Assembly: GCA_965287045.1 (NCBI GenBank)
Contig: OZ336877.1
Coordinates: forward strand, 66,712,001-66,776,000
Source of the DNA: Carcharhinus amblyrhynchos
Lineage: Eukaryota
Length of the DNA stretch: 64,000 nucleotides
Direction: 5' to 3'
The notes under the pieces were generated by a model. That model was not told the DNA's origin and did no database searches. It was given only the letters and a program-made list of their open reading frames with translations. The position numbers were made by a program, and so were the translations under genes. Of the stretch, positions 49,700 to 63,126 are shown piece after piece; the stretch's first letter is position 1, and every line of letters starts with the position of its first letter.

Positions 49700-50042
49700 G
49701 CATTTATCATGGAATTCCTAAAGTGCTGAAGGAGGCCAGTCGGCATATCGAAACTGCACCGACTCTCCAACAACAATTCCACCCAGGGCCTATCACTATA
49801 ACAACATGTATTTACCCCGCTAATCCCCCTAATCTACACATCTTGGAGCAATTTGCATGGCCAATCAACCTAACCTGCACATCTTTGGACTGTGAGAGGA
49901 AACTGGAGCATCTGGAGGAAACCCATGCAGCCACGCGGAGAACGTGCAGACTCCACACAGACAATCAACCCAAGGCCAGAATTAACCTGAGTCGGTGGCG
50001 CTGTGAGGCAGCAGTGCTAACCACTTGGCCACCCTGCCACCC
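49700..50042 (-). mobile_element. HE1-like SINE, CR1 tail
   Basis: Head, body and tail are collinear with 26242-26577. Confidence 0.85.
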
Positions 50043-51189
50043 CCAAGAGGGCACCAGCTGTAGTGGAATTTGAACCCGTGTGCCAAGAGCCTTGGCCTTT
50101 GGATTACAAGCCCAGTTACATTACCACTATATCACCACTTCCCCCTAAACTTATTAATGTTTCAGTTTGGTATTAATTTCCTATGCATTCGCATTCAAAC
50201 TACTAGAACTACATTTTTTTGGAAGATTAACTCATTCTTTTCGCCCATTTTTATCTTTATTTAAAAGCATTTTTTGACTTCTATCTGTCTCTTTCTTTCC
50301 CTTTCTCCTCTGATATATGTTCTCACTATTTCAAACAAAAAACATGTTTATAGAGTGTCAAGTCGTGACATCAGGGAGCGTGCGCAAAGTTAAGAGTTTT
50401 AATATTGCGCAAATATACATGAGGGGCAAAATGAGAAAGCGTACATGAAAATGAATATCAAGAAATAAGAACCAAAATGAGAGAAAAGCAAGGAACATGA
50501 ATTTCCAAAGAAAATGGAAGAAACAAAACAGCTTCAGGAAAGGAAATGAAAAATGTAAAACAATAATGGGGCAACAAAGGAAGTGAAGCAAGTAAATGTT
50601 GGGGAGGGGGGCAACACAAGAGGAAATGAAGATATACATCAATAATAAAAGGAAACAAAATAATAGAGTGAAATATAAGAAAGAACAAAGTGAAGGGGAA
50701 GGGATGAAAACTGCAGAAGGAATATTGCTAAAAGGGGAAATCTAAAAAACAAACACTGCATATTAGATATTCAATAAAAACAAACATCACTTCCGGTTTC
50801 TCACTAGCAAAGGTTAGAAGTTATGATGTGGTACATTTCTTTGGCACTATAGAGTGAAACATACATTACCTGTCATTACTGACTAAACTTCAAAGGTTTG
50901 CTCCTGTTTCCATCCTGTCACTGTGTTCTTATATTTGAAATATTGGGCAGCAACCCTTTGTGCTGGTTATTCAAGACTAGCTCACCTTTTAGGAATGCAA
51001 TACAGAACCATGTTTGCAGCTAAAAGCTTACTTCTTGATCTGTGGGAACAGTACATTTTGGCAATTAGACTCTAATAACATCACTGAGTACAGTACAATG
51101 TATACTGGTTAATGACTGGGTGCTTCATGAGAACATCCTTTTAAGTGGAACATGTGCTCTGGCAAAAGTTGTTTCCCTACACATTCTAC

Positions 51190-52470
51190 GGGTTGAGTTT
51201 TCACCGAGTTGGGATGATTTGGGATCCTTTTGAAAATGATGAGTGGGTCACGATTCCAGGATTCCTGAGCTCATTCCCACACTTTCTAATATTCAGCAGT
51301 GTCTTTAAAGGGCACTGCAGGTTTGCCCTGTCAAGAGCTCACATGGAGCCCTTCCAATCGCCATAGCCAACTCCATTACAGTGAAAGGCATGTCTTACTG
51401 CATTAATTGTGAAGCCCGGCATGGTTTTTAAAGAACATTATTCACAGTCCCTCAAAGGAGTGATCAACTTTAGTCTGATTGAGGGGACCTTTTAAAAGTT
51501 GAATTTGAAAGGGTCTGCTCATTCCCTCTATGTCAAGATTAAGCCTCACCCACCCACCCACCTCCCCATGGCCACTCATGCCCTTAATGCCAAACTATGC
51601 CCTTCTACCCACTCCATTTGACCTTCATGTACACTATGCCAGAACAATTCCCAGGCTAGCCTTGACCACCACATCGCACCCCCCACCCCCCCATCCCGGA
51701 GCGCTCCAATGTCCAGTCCACCCCTCCCAGCAGTGGAAAACCGCCCCACCTCCCTCACCACAGCAGACCCCCCTGCTGACCTCCCCCCAGGGTCAGACCA
51801 CACCGGCAGGCAGGCCCTAACCCCGCAGGCCACCAACTCCCCAGCCAGCCCCAAGTGCTACCCTCCCTCCAGCCCAGACCATTCCCAATGTAGAGTGGCA
51901 GCAGAACCCTCCACTCCCACAATCACTGCCTAGGTCCCACCCATAATAGGCCCCACTCCTTTGGCACTGCCCGATGCCCACTGGGTTGTGCTAAGGTGCC
52001 ACCTGGGCATGGGCACTTTGTCCCTTGGGCAGTGCCAGGAGCATATGCTGGCACTGCCAGGGTGCCCATGCCCAGAGGGCATCACCTGCTTGGCTCCCGA
52101 CCCCTGAAGAGGGGGCCCTGATTGCTTCTCCCTTCATCTCCTGCTAGTTCCATGAACATGGGGAGCTACTCTAAACCCCGCCGGAATGAAGTACTCTTGG
52201 TAGTTTGGGAGATGCTATCAGGCAATTTCTATGCCAGGCCCGAAAATCACATACAAAATATGTTTAAAATACATGAAAAAATGATTCAAATTACTAACGT
52301 CTCTTCCTGCTGGTTTCCAGTGCGATCTCAACTGCGACTGTTATCTGGCTCTGGGAGATGCGCATGCATTCCTGGCCCACTCACAAATCCCGGAAAAAGG
52401 CCAACACACAATTCCCCTGATCGGACTCGCCAGAAAAGTTGGGGGTCACAATGGGAAAATTGGGTTCTAC
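51190..52470 (+). mobile_element. Non-autonomous TIR element(s), C-rich, family of 23052
   Basis: Interior 51700-52460 is collinear with 23330-24160. Confidence 0.6.
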
Positions 52471-54709
52471 AAACCCTTGAAACCATTAACCTTGTATAAA
52501 GAAACATTGTGTAACTGACAGCAGAAATCAGAGACACAGCTGTCAATCGAGCAATGTTTTCCCTGGGGTGCAGCTCTTTCCACAAGGGCAATGGATGGCT
52601 GGGCTCTCAGCCAAGCACACATGATGAGAAATCATGCATAAATCTTTCTTAATGCATTTTTGTAAACAGATCCTACCTCATTACAAGGGGCATTGATTCT
52701 ATACACTGTATAGTGGATTCATGGGCACTGAAGTCACATAGCTTCACATGGAGTCATGGGGATTATAGATGGGCATACTTTGGCCTTAGGGAGACAGGGG
52801 ATCATGGGGTTGGTTGTGGGACCTGATGTGGCATGGATGGGATCTGGGGAATGTGTGTGTGGGGAGGGGGTGGTGGTAGGAATATGAGGGTTTAAGGCTG
52901 TATTTTTTTAACCGGGACAGATTCCTACAGCACTGAGATGGGACTTTTAAACAGCATGTTTTGGCACCCAGAGCCCCTGTGGCAGCCTCTGATTTATTTC
53001 CCAGATCAGCTTTCCGAACTCCAGTCTGCATTTACCCCCAGCAATGAAGATCTCACCCTTGCAGTACTTTCTCCCAAGGCAAGTAGACTGAGCCAAAAGT
53101 TTTCTTGACCCCCATTACCCATCACGGTGATGAAAATTCTGGCTTACAAATTTGTATAAATGCTTTAGACAGGGAGCCGCTTCTTTAATATTTTCCTAAT
53201 TGGTGTTTATTTTCTACATTGAATCAATCCATGTTATTAATGAAGTAGTGTAACTATTTTGTGATGATTACTGAGATGCTCTCGGAGAAGATATTGTTAA
53301 TTTGACTGTGTAGATTGAGCATAGTTTGCGTTTCTCAGTAAAGTAAAAAGACACTAACACAACACCATGGGTGGTTGGGATTCTTGGGATTACCACCCAC
53401 AGAATCCCCTGATCCTATCAGAGAAGTTCTTGTTTTATGCACCTCTCTGCTGCTAGGGAACCCATGATGGGTGTTAACCATCGATGAGACTAGAATGTCC
53501 CACCAGTGATAATGTTCAGAAAATTCAGCTCATACCTTTTGCCTACTATTCCAAAGATTTAGATCTACACTCCACCTCAAAGACATTAAATTACTGCCTC
53601 TAAAGGTTTTAAAGAGTTGCAAATGATATAAGAGATAGGAACCAAATAAGCATTGGTAAAACCAGTAGAGAAGAATCCACAATGTCAAACTGCTTCTTAA
53701 CAACTCTCTCAGCTCTGTCTTCTGCAATGCAACAGTGACCGCATTTCAAAAGTATTTCACTGGATGAAGAATGTTTTGGTACTTCTTGCAGTCGTGAAAG
53801 GCGCAATATAAATGCAAGTTCTTTAATTTTTTTTCTAAGTAGCCAAGGATACGGCAGAATGGAAATATTAACAATCCACATTGAAGGTTGCTCCTGTCGG
53901 ACAAGCGTAGATTTTTCTTGTGCTTTTAACCTTTGCCAACAGCTTACATCTGGTTTTATAATTGTCACTCATTGCTGAAGCAGAACTTTCCCTGCAGAAC
54001 TGTCAACCGTTTCCCTGAAGCCACTGAAAGTACCACCCATCGAACTGCTCTTGAATACTTTTGAATGTTTAATGCCAGAACAATCCGGGCCAGAGGTTGA
54101 GTTTATATTTCGCAATTATTATGGTCTTAAAGGCTTGTTGCTAAGTTGAAATGTCTATGTGTATGTAACAATAGCTGTAACACATTGTAGAAATAGCATG
54201 TTAAAGGAAATGAATTGTAATACAATTGTGAAAGTTCCCTATTCATTTATCAGTGTCTTCCAGTCACCCCTGTTGCTGCGGCTCTTTTCTTGTTTGACAG
54301 ATGTTGAATATAAGGAGAAATTTAAGCAAAAGAAGGCACTTTCTTTTTTTCTTTCATATTTTCAGATTACCAACCCTATCATCTAGTCCATGTAGAATTT
54401 TTTTTATGCCAAGGCCGGGGTGAGCTGTGGTATCCTTCTGTGCAGATTGTCCTCTGCACCATCATCCTGACCCAACTTTGACGTTGACCCATTTTCATAG
54501 CATGGGATCATTGATCTTACAGGATCAAAATCCTACGCCATCTTGTAACTCCAGCCTAAAACAGTTTTGTACAAGATTAACCTTACCTCCCTGCTTTGTA
54601 TTCCATTGTTTTAACTTTAAGCCATATGTTTTGTCAGGGTAACAACACACCAAGGGCCCTTCTTCCTCTATTCAATTTAGTGATTTGATATTTAAGACAT
54701 CTTTGTGTC

Positions 54710-55122
54710 ATCCCTGGCTCAGTTGGTCACATTCTTGCCTCTGACTTACAAGGTTCAGAGTTCAAATCCAATCCCTGGTCTTAAATACAAAAAAAATACT
54801 AATTGAGGGAGTGCCGTACTGTCAGGGATGCCATTTTGTGTACGCGATGTAGAACTGAAACCCCATCAACCTGCTTGGGTTGATGTTAAAGATCCTACAG
54901 CATTCTTTTGAAGAAGAGCATGGGATATTTATCTGTCAATCAACCTCACAAAAAAGCACATTATCTGGACATTATTACATTGCTGTGGGATCTTGCTGTA
55001 CACACACTGGTGTGCTATTTCCTAAATTACAACTGTGAAGACACTTCAAAAGTACTTCATTGGCTATAAAGAACTTTGAGACACCCAGTGATCATGTTTC
55101 ATACTATATAAATGGAATTCTT
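54710..55122 (+). mobile_element. Deu-domain tRNA SINE (SacSINE1/AmnSINE-like)
   Basis: A-box TGGCTCAGTTGG, B-box AGTTCAAATCC, Deu-like core GATGTTAAAGATCC..TTTTGAAGAAGAGCA, L2-like tail ACTTCAAAAGTACTTCATTGGCT..CTATATAAATG. Confidence 0.75.
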
Positions 55123-55625
55123 TCCTAGTTGTTTCTATTCTATTATTACTAATGCAATGTCACATGTTTGGCATTTCCAACACTCCCAGGTTGCTGGAAA
55201 ATCTCTAGGAATGTGGCCTGAATCTACAGGGTACTCCTGCAAGCGGCCAGGAGAACTGCACCCTTACAACTTCTCACTGCTGCAGCAGCTATCTTGCTCC
55301 ACCACGTCACCAACTTTCACTGTAGAGAACTGGGCCTGAATGGGGCTGACCAGAAATAGCACCAGCTTACGGAGCTTCCCACAGTTGAGTGAGGTGGAGT
55401 GAGAGAGAGAGAGAGAGAGAGAGGATGGCGAGGAAAAGAGTTGTTTGGAAGAGAGCAAGTAGGGACTATGGGTCATGGCTCTGCAGGAAACAGTTTGGGT
55501 GAGGGGGGTTTCAATGTACTGAGGCATGGGCAGGGGTAGTGACAGTGAACTGGAGACCAGGGGAGGGAGTGACAGGAATGTAGTTGAAGGAATGATTGAG
55601 TGAGGGAGATTGATGAAAGAGGTCA

Positions 55626-55875
55626 AAGGTCTTCACTCAAAGGGTGGTGAATCTCTGGAATTCTCTGCCCGTTGAAGTGGTGGAGGCTACCTCGCTAAAT
55701 ATTTTTAAGACGCGGGTTGATGGGTTTTTGATAAGTGAGGGGATTAAGGGTTATGGGGAGAGGGCGGGAATGTGGAACTGAGCCACGACAGATCAGCCAT
55801 GATCTTATTGAATGGCGGGGCAGGCTCGAAGGGCTAGTTGGCCTACTCCTGCTCCTATTTCTTATGTTCTTATGT
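55626..55875 (+). mobile_element. CR1 3' fragment
   Basis: FTQRVVNLWNSLP and a tail ending TTCTTATGTTCTTATG. Confidence 0.9.
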
Positions 55876-56705
55876 TTTTAATGGGATTCTGAAAAAACAG
55901 ATACCAGAGTTTTACGGCCTCACCTGCCCAAGGCTCGTAAGATCCCGCCTGAGGCCAACGGAGAATGCTGTTCTGCAAACCTCACCCGCCCGATTGTGGG
56001 GCGGACAAGGTGGGAAAATATCTGCCAGAGAGATTGGAAAAGGGACTGGCAAGAATGGGATTCACAGTAAGAAGTCTCACAACACCACGTAGAGGAACAG
56101 AGAGAGACTGGATAATAAGATGGGGTGTGTTAGGAGACCAGTTTTTTGTAGAGCCAGGATCATTGAAAGGAGCAGCACTGAGCTGGAAGCAACTGGTAAA
56201 GTGTTTCGAGGAAAACAGTGAAAGATTATTTCCACTGATGGGTGAATGGGGAACAAGGTGATTGAGATTCAGGAACTTCACTGGAAGAACCAAAACAGAA
56301 GAAGGGTTTGCTGTGAGAATGTTAGATATTGAAGTTGCAACTAAAGCATATTTTCTAAATGAATGGAATAAGTATTTTAAAAGGAGGAATATACAAGGAT
56401 CTGGGTTGGGGAAGGATATGGGAGCACCAGGGTTCTCTTAGGCAAAGTGGGCTTCATGGCCTTCTCTTCTGCTGTGATCTCTATTGTTTGATGAAAGGTT
56501 CTCCTTTATTGAGTCCAGCAGGAAGTGGTTTATAAATGTTAATGCTGAGCTTAAGATGATGTACTCTATGAAAAATGCCCCAACACTGAGCCCAATTGTA
56601 GGAGCTTTCCGTTTGGTTCAGATCAGTCTGTGCCAGTCAATTTTGACATGTGAAGTCTAAGCACAAATCTGCTCTGAGCAAGTCTTTCATTCCAAACCAA
56701 AGTCC

Positions 56706-56831
56706 ACGGCAGAATTTTACAGCCCCTCCACCGGTGAGATTTTCCGGTCCTTCTGAAGTGAATGGACTTTCGAATGGCTGCCACACTTTCAGGTTCCGCC
56801 CCCACAGCGTCGGAACCAGAAAATTCCACCC
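56706..56831. mobile_element. Small MITE
   Basis: GGCAGAATTTT...AAAATTCCACCC; related small MITEs near 38765, 46493, 55905, 57575, 57865 and 62320. Confidence 0.6.
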
Positions 56832-57497
56832 CAAGGAGATAAGGAGGGAGATCAGGCCTGTTAAAAGTGGTATTGAGTGGGGAGGCTGGGCAGACCTATT
56901 ATAATGCAGAAGGATTTTTGTCTAATTATAGGGTGAATATCAGCAGCTTACAAGATAGCTGGTAGTTACTGGTAGGAGATTAAACCTATTACCACCAATT
57001 CCATGTAGATTGTCAGTGAGTCATTGGCATTAATTATGAAGGGAATCTGAGTGTTAACAGTATTACTAAAAACTATAGGTGCTACAAGATGTTACTGATT
57101 ACTGATGGAATCCAAGTTCCTCCTATCTCTAGTTCCTCCCTGTGAATCCTTCCCCTATCTTTGGTTCTCTTCTTTGCTGCCTCCTCACTGCGTCATTCTG
57201 CTTCTCAAAAATTCTTTCACAACAGCCACTGAGCTGAAACCACAAGCAAAGATACTGAACCACATAAACTCCAATAAGGCACTCGTAACAACGTTCAGAT
57301 ACCAGATAGTCAAAATATTGTGTGTTAAACCTTTGAGGAATTGCTCCAAACAAAGTTACCAACCCTAATGTGTACAGAAATGCTCTTCGACACCTTAAAT
57401 CAGAATGAGATTGTTTTGACTTAAGATTCAATTTTTAATTTACCCTTATGGTTCTGAATCTCTGGGGGATATTCAAACATTCTTCCAGCAGCAAGAT

Positions 57498-58336
57498 AGT
57501 GCAGATGCTGGAAATCGGGAATGTTGTAAATATTCAGCAAGTCTGGCAATAATGGTGGAGAGAGAGACAGAGGATGGGATTCTCCGGCCACATGCACCCC
57601 AAGACCAGAAATTCCCACTCGAGCTGGACAAACCTTCAAATGGTCTGCCAAATTTTCTGGTTACAGTTCCTGTGGTGGGTGAGGCGGATGAGTTTCAGCC
57701 AGAGTTAAATTTTCAGGCTGACGACATTTCATCAGAACTGGGAAAAGTTAGAGATGTACAGGTTTTAAGCATGAGAGGAAGGAGGGTGGGAGGTACAAAA
57801 GGGAAATCCGCGATCAGATTGACATGAAAGATTGAGTGACAAAAATATTGAGTGCGAACTCTTCAGGCAGCATATTTTTCTCTGCCCACTGCCCGGATCA
57901 TCCAATCCTGCTGAACGTCAATGGACTTTTGGCTGGCCCATACCACGTTGCCCACAGCAGTCCTGCCACGGTGGAGTTGAGAAATTCTGGCCAAAGAATG
58001 TGGTAGTAAGACAAGTAAAGAAACAAAAGATTGGTCTAGATGAGGAGAAGTTGGCAGAATGATGAACAGCTACTGTCTGAAATCAGAACAAAAGTGAAAA
58101 TAAAACAACAAAGGAAAAAGAAACAAAAGGGAGGCAGGGTTTACAATCTGTAATTATTGAACTTAACGTTGTGTACAGAAGATAAGTTATTTCTTTGAAG
58201 GATAGGGTGCTGCATCTGGAGTTTAAATTGAGTTTCAGGGAATAGTTTAGAACGTCAAGGACAAAGAGGTCAGAAAGGGAGCAAGGTGGAGAATTAAAAT
58301 AACAGATCAATGGAAGCTTTAGGTCATGTTTGCAGA
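57498..58336 (-). mobile_element. Older second Penelope-like family 3' end with decayed hammerhead, interrupted by MITEs
   Basis: GCAGATGCTGGAAATC.. terminus; minus-strand AGTT-CTGATGA..GAAA-AT-TT-AACT at 57702-57739. Related pieces at 9140-9230 and 35470-35595. Confidence 0.55.
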
Positions 58337-59067
58337 CATAGAAACATAGAAATTAGAAGCAGGAATAGGCCATTTGGCCCTTCAAATCTTCACTGCCGTT
58401 CATTTTTATCATGGCTGATCATCTACTTCAATATCCTGATTCCCCCTTCCTCCCATACCTGTTGATCCCTTTAGCCCCAATAGCCATATCTAATTTCTCC
58501 TTGAAATCAGACACTTTCCTGAAAACTCTTTCCTGACAAGGTCTGCTTTTACTGCCCCCATTAATCAAGTGCAGAGATCTCGTCCTTTTAACAATCAGAA
58601 TTATAAGACTTCAGTCATCATTCAAAACATTAAGAGGAAGAGATCTAAGGAAGAGAGAGAAGTACAGAATGGTTACTGGTCTCAATTACTGCCTCAATGT
58701 CTTGATGCTACCTAGACAATATAAAAGCATAATTTTTAACAACCAGCCCTGGGATATGAATGCTGGATACTTCCAATGAAATCAAGATTTTAGTCATTTG
58801 AATTGATGTACAATGATTATTCTCACAACAGATCAATGGAAGCTTAAGGTCATGTTTGCAGACATAGAAACATAGAAATTAGAAGCAGGAGTAGGCCATT
58901 CGGCCCTTCAAATCTTCACTGCCATTCATTTTTATCATGGCTGATCATCTACTTCAATATCCTGATTCCCCCTTCCTCCCATATCCCTTGATCCCTTTCG
59001 CCCCAAGAGCCATATCTAATTTCTCCTTGAAATCAGACGCTTTCCTGAAAACTCTTTCCTGACAAGG
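58301..59067 (+). repeat. 241-bp non-tandem direct duplication (58301-58541 and 58827-59067) containing a CR1 tail
   Basis: Two nearly identical blocks offset by 526 bp. Confidence 0.95.
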
Positions 59068-60677
59068 AAAAGAGTTGTCTCTTAAATATAAGCAGATAAA
59101 TTATCATTGTAAGAAAGGTTATTGATAATATTATTTTCATCATGTCAAAATTAATACCCCAATGAAGTATAAGAAAAATCAATTGGAATTGTTTATTTTT
59201 TGTCAAATTATGAGAAATAAATCTGCACCAAAAGCATTTTACTCTGTAAGAGTCACATGGTTAATCATGGAATTCCCAAGAAAGTAAGAAATGTTTTCCT
59301 TTCCCAACCATCAGACATTATGTGGAGACCTAATGGTTGCCAATGTGACAGAATGAGGCTGAAAGCCGGACAGTTTGTATTGCAGCCGTGAGGACAGGAA
59401 GTATTCTGAATTTCTGTTGCTGTAGTTGGCCTCAGATAATACTATTGTATAACCAGGCTGAGTGACCTCTCCCACCATCTAGAGTATAGAGCCTGGCGTC
59501 TGACTCCTTGGCTGCTTTCCAGCTTTAAGCTCTCTTGCACAAGGTGTGTCCATTTCATACAGTCCCATACACTTAGTGTAGGCCACACCTCACCTTGCAG
59601 AGGAAATCTGGCCACAACTCCAGACTTCATGACTTTTTGTTTAAATATGGGCAGCAACATTTTATTCACACTGAATTCAGGGGGAGCTATTTTAAACTCC
59701 TCAGCAATAAAATAGTTGATGACAGGATTATTGTAGGCGTCCGATTATCAGTATGGCTTAATGCTAACAAAATCCTATTTTCTTTACTGATGATACTTTT
59801 CACCATTTTGAGCTATTCATTTAAATTGTTCTTATAAATTGGGCAGTTGTATTATCTTTATTCAATATGTACCATTTATTTATTTCAATAAATAATGGGC
59901 CCGATTCTGCAACCTCCTCAAACGGCCAGCAGGAAACCCGTTGCCCTGATGAATGGGGTGTCGGCCAAAAATCAGGATTCCCAAAGGGCATGACAGCTCT
60001 CGGGTTCAGCCACCCCGCCAACCCAATCAGATTTTCATCAAGGGAAGACGGCAACCCAATAGTTCCCCCTAATTTGAATGTTATTAGCGGGTTTGACAGG
60101 ACACCAATCCCTGCCGTTCACCTGGCCTGCTAATGGGAATGGCGCTGGGTAGTCTTTACGCTTGCTACCCACAAGTGAGGACATGGCGTGCGGACCTCAA
60201 GGGTCCAGTGGAGCACCACCGATCCTTCAGAAAAGAGACGCATCCTTCCCCATCTCCCATCAGTCAAATCACAGGTCACTTCCCCCACAAACCATGCACG
60301 CATGTGGGTGACCCAACCTGACTCCCTCAGCCCCCTTCCCATTCAGATCACTCACAGCCATCTCTCAGACCCTCCACTCATGCCCCCTTCAGGCCATGCA
60401 CCTTGGCAGTGCCAGATGTGCACTGCTCCCTGGCACCCATATTGTGGTCTGGCATATTGAACCTTGAGGAGGCTGAAAGAGGTAGGTCCAGTGGCCATTT
60501 GCCCCTCTGCTGCTGCCAGATTGCAGAGGAATTGTCCCTCAAGGGTCCTGGAGTTTGGGTGGGCTCAGGCTGGGGGCAAGAGGATGACCTCACCACTCTC
60601 CACTGGGAGGGGGTGTCATGGCTGGACTGTCCTTTCTAGCCAGGGCAGACCTGAATATCCCCCTGGCATGGTGATTT

Positions 60678-60808
60678 CAGTAAGAAGTCTCACAATACCA
60701 GGTTAAAGTCCAACCAATTTATTTGATAGTAAGTTGGTTGGACTTTAACCTGGTGTTGTGAGACTTCTTACTGTGTTTACCCCAGTCCAACGCTGGCATC
60801 TCCACATG
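60678..60808 (+). mobile_element. Penelope-derived fold-back element lacking the hammerhead
   Basis: Inverted arms of about 40 bp plus tail; TSD ATGGTGATTTCAG / ATAGTGATTTCAG. Confidence 0.88.
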
Positions 60809-61329
60809 ATAGTGATTTCAGGCAGCCCTGTGATCAATATCTGCATTCCTGCCTGTCAGCTGTGAAAATTCTAAAGTGGCCGGGTCATTTTAATCTTCAT
60901 GCCCTCCAGTCACCTGGTAGGTTTTTATATCATTGCAGCACTCTATTGTGCAGCAGAAATTTTCTTTTCTCTTTGTCAGAAACTGCAGGTGAGAACTAGC
61001 CCCTTTGAAGTCCTCTGACAGAGAGTCAACTTCACCTGGTTGTGGGTAGGGGGTGGGAGGGAATTTCCATTCTGCAGAGCAGTACACTCACCCCAAATGT
61101 ATGCACACAGCTTTGGTTTGAAGTTTCTGAGGCTTCCTAGCAAGTTGAATTCTTTGATAACTTCTCCATTCTAATGGAGCCCTTTGATCTCAAACAAGGT
61201 GTAGTGCTTTGCGAAAGCTTCCATTGACAGCTCAATGGAGCTTAAGAGTGTGATAAAATATTTTCCACTTGCTCGGTTGAGTGCTGCTGCGAGAACACAA
61301 GATGCTCAATGTGCTTCTCCAGATGAAAC

Positions 61330-61830
61330 TGCACCTGAAGTATTGCATGCAGTTTTAGTCTCCTTATCTAAGGAAGGATATACTTGCCAGAGATTGAGTG
61401 CAATAGAGGTTGACAAGACTAATCCCAGGGCTGGTCTGATTATGCCATGAGAAAAGATTAGAAGACTGGCCTATCCTCTGGAATTTCAAAGAATGAAAGG
61501 TGATATCATTGAAATTTACAAAATTCGTACAGGGTAGCTGTGGAGAAAATGCTTCCCCTGGCTGCTGAGTCTACAACCGGCAGGATAAGTGGTAGGCCAT
61601 TCAAGAGGGACTTCTTTGCTCAGAGGATGATGAATCTATGGGATTCTATACCACAGAGGGCCTTGGAAGCTCAATAATTCAGCATGTTCAAGACAGAAAT
61701 CAAAAGATTTCTGGACTATGATGGTATCTGGGGAAATGGGGATAGCATGGAAAAATGGCATTGAGGTAGATGTGATCTAATTGAATGGTTGAGCAGACTC
61801 ATTGAGCTGAATGGTCCAGTCCTGCTCCTT
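61330..61830 (+). mobile_element. Old CR1 3' fragment
   Basis: Decayed HLKYCMQF.SPYLRKD and FFAQRMMNLWDS similarity, followed by a CR1 tail. Confidence 0.78.
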
Positions 61831-63126
61831 GGACAAAGATATTACTTGCAAGGGAATAGTTCAAATGCAAGTTCCCCTCCAAGTCATGTACATACTGCCA
61901 TTCCTTAATCACCACTGGGGCAAAATCCTGTAAGATCCTACATAACAGCACCATGGGATGAACTAAACCACATGCACTAGCTTAAAAGACTGCCCACCAC
62001 CACCTTCTTAAGAATAATAGGGTATGGACAACAAACATTGGCTTTTCCAGAGATGTCCACATCACATGAACAAATTAAAAAATACAGCAAAATGGAAGTA
62101 CATCCTCATGCGCCTGACTTCCTAATCAAAGCATTGCACAGAAGGAAATTAGAGTTGTGCTCAATCTATTTTACAAGAGTGGTTACTGATGACATGGTAT
62201 TATGGACCATCATTGCCAGTCAAATTTGATCATTAATTTGTGCAATTGTGAGGATAATATCAGATTTGGGGCAAATCCAAGTCCTTTAGTTCTGGTATAT
62301 ATACCACCACATCACAAATTAATTGGCTTAAAAATGATCATAACAAAGTTCTGTCCCAGTATTTCTCAGAAAATTGTAGTGGGCGGGATGGAAAATTTGG
62401 CAGATCGCTTAAAGGTCTGTTGAATTCAGGTGGGAATTTCCGATCTCTGGCAGACACAACCGGAAAATCCCATTCATAATGTTTCTAACATAATGGAACA
62501 CCTAAGGTTCTTCACAGGAGTATTATAAAGTATGACACCAAGCCAGGTCAGATGACCAAAGGTTTAGTCAAACTGGTAGCTTTTAAGGAGTTTCTTGGAA
62601 GTGGAAAGTGAGATAGAGAGGCAGAAAGCTGTGAGGTAGAAGTTGACCATTAAATTACCTGTTTATGTTTATTATGTTGCATGCCATTTAAGCAAACAAC
62701 TTCTCCTAATAAAGACCAGCTGAACAGGACTAAAGAAATTGTTGTTGGGTGTTTCTAATGCTACTAAAAGCCTTACTCAGCTTATCACTGTTAATTTGCT
62801 GCTGAAAATAGATTGCATGTGACGAGGTCTCCTGAAACACATCAGGAGACTTCACTTACACTCTATCAACTTTCATTTCAGAAATTCTCTGAAGACTTTA
62901 CCTAAAAATGTATGCTCTGTGCTTTCTAAAGGTCTAAAAGGAGTCACCAGGACAAAAGAAGTATACAGTCAAAGCAACTTTGCCAAGGATTTCCCTTGGT
63001 CTGAGGTGTAAGTAGGAGGAGGAGATGTAACCAGGCAATGCAGCTTAAATTGCAGAATAGAGGAGTAGGAAGAGTAGAAAGATGGGGTAGGCTCCAAACC
63101 CCAGGCACCACATCCTTCACTCCCAC

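Noticed and set aside
50358-50760. Hydrophobic Phe/Leu-rich ORFs
   Set aside because: Translation of a low-complexity purine-rich tract.
56063-56087. 25-bp Penelope arm fragment
   Set aside because: Too short and has no TSD; it could be a deletion scar, but this cannot be supported from the sequence.
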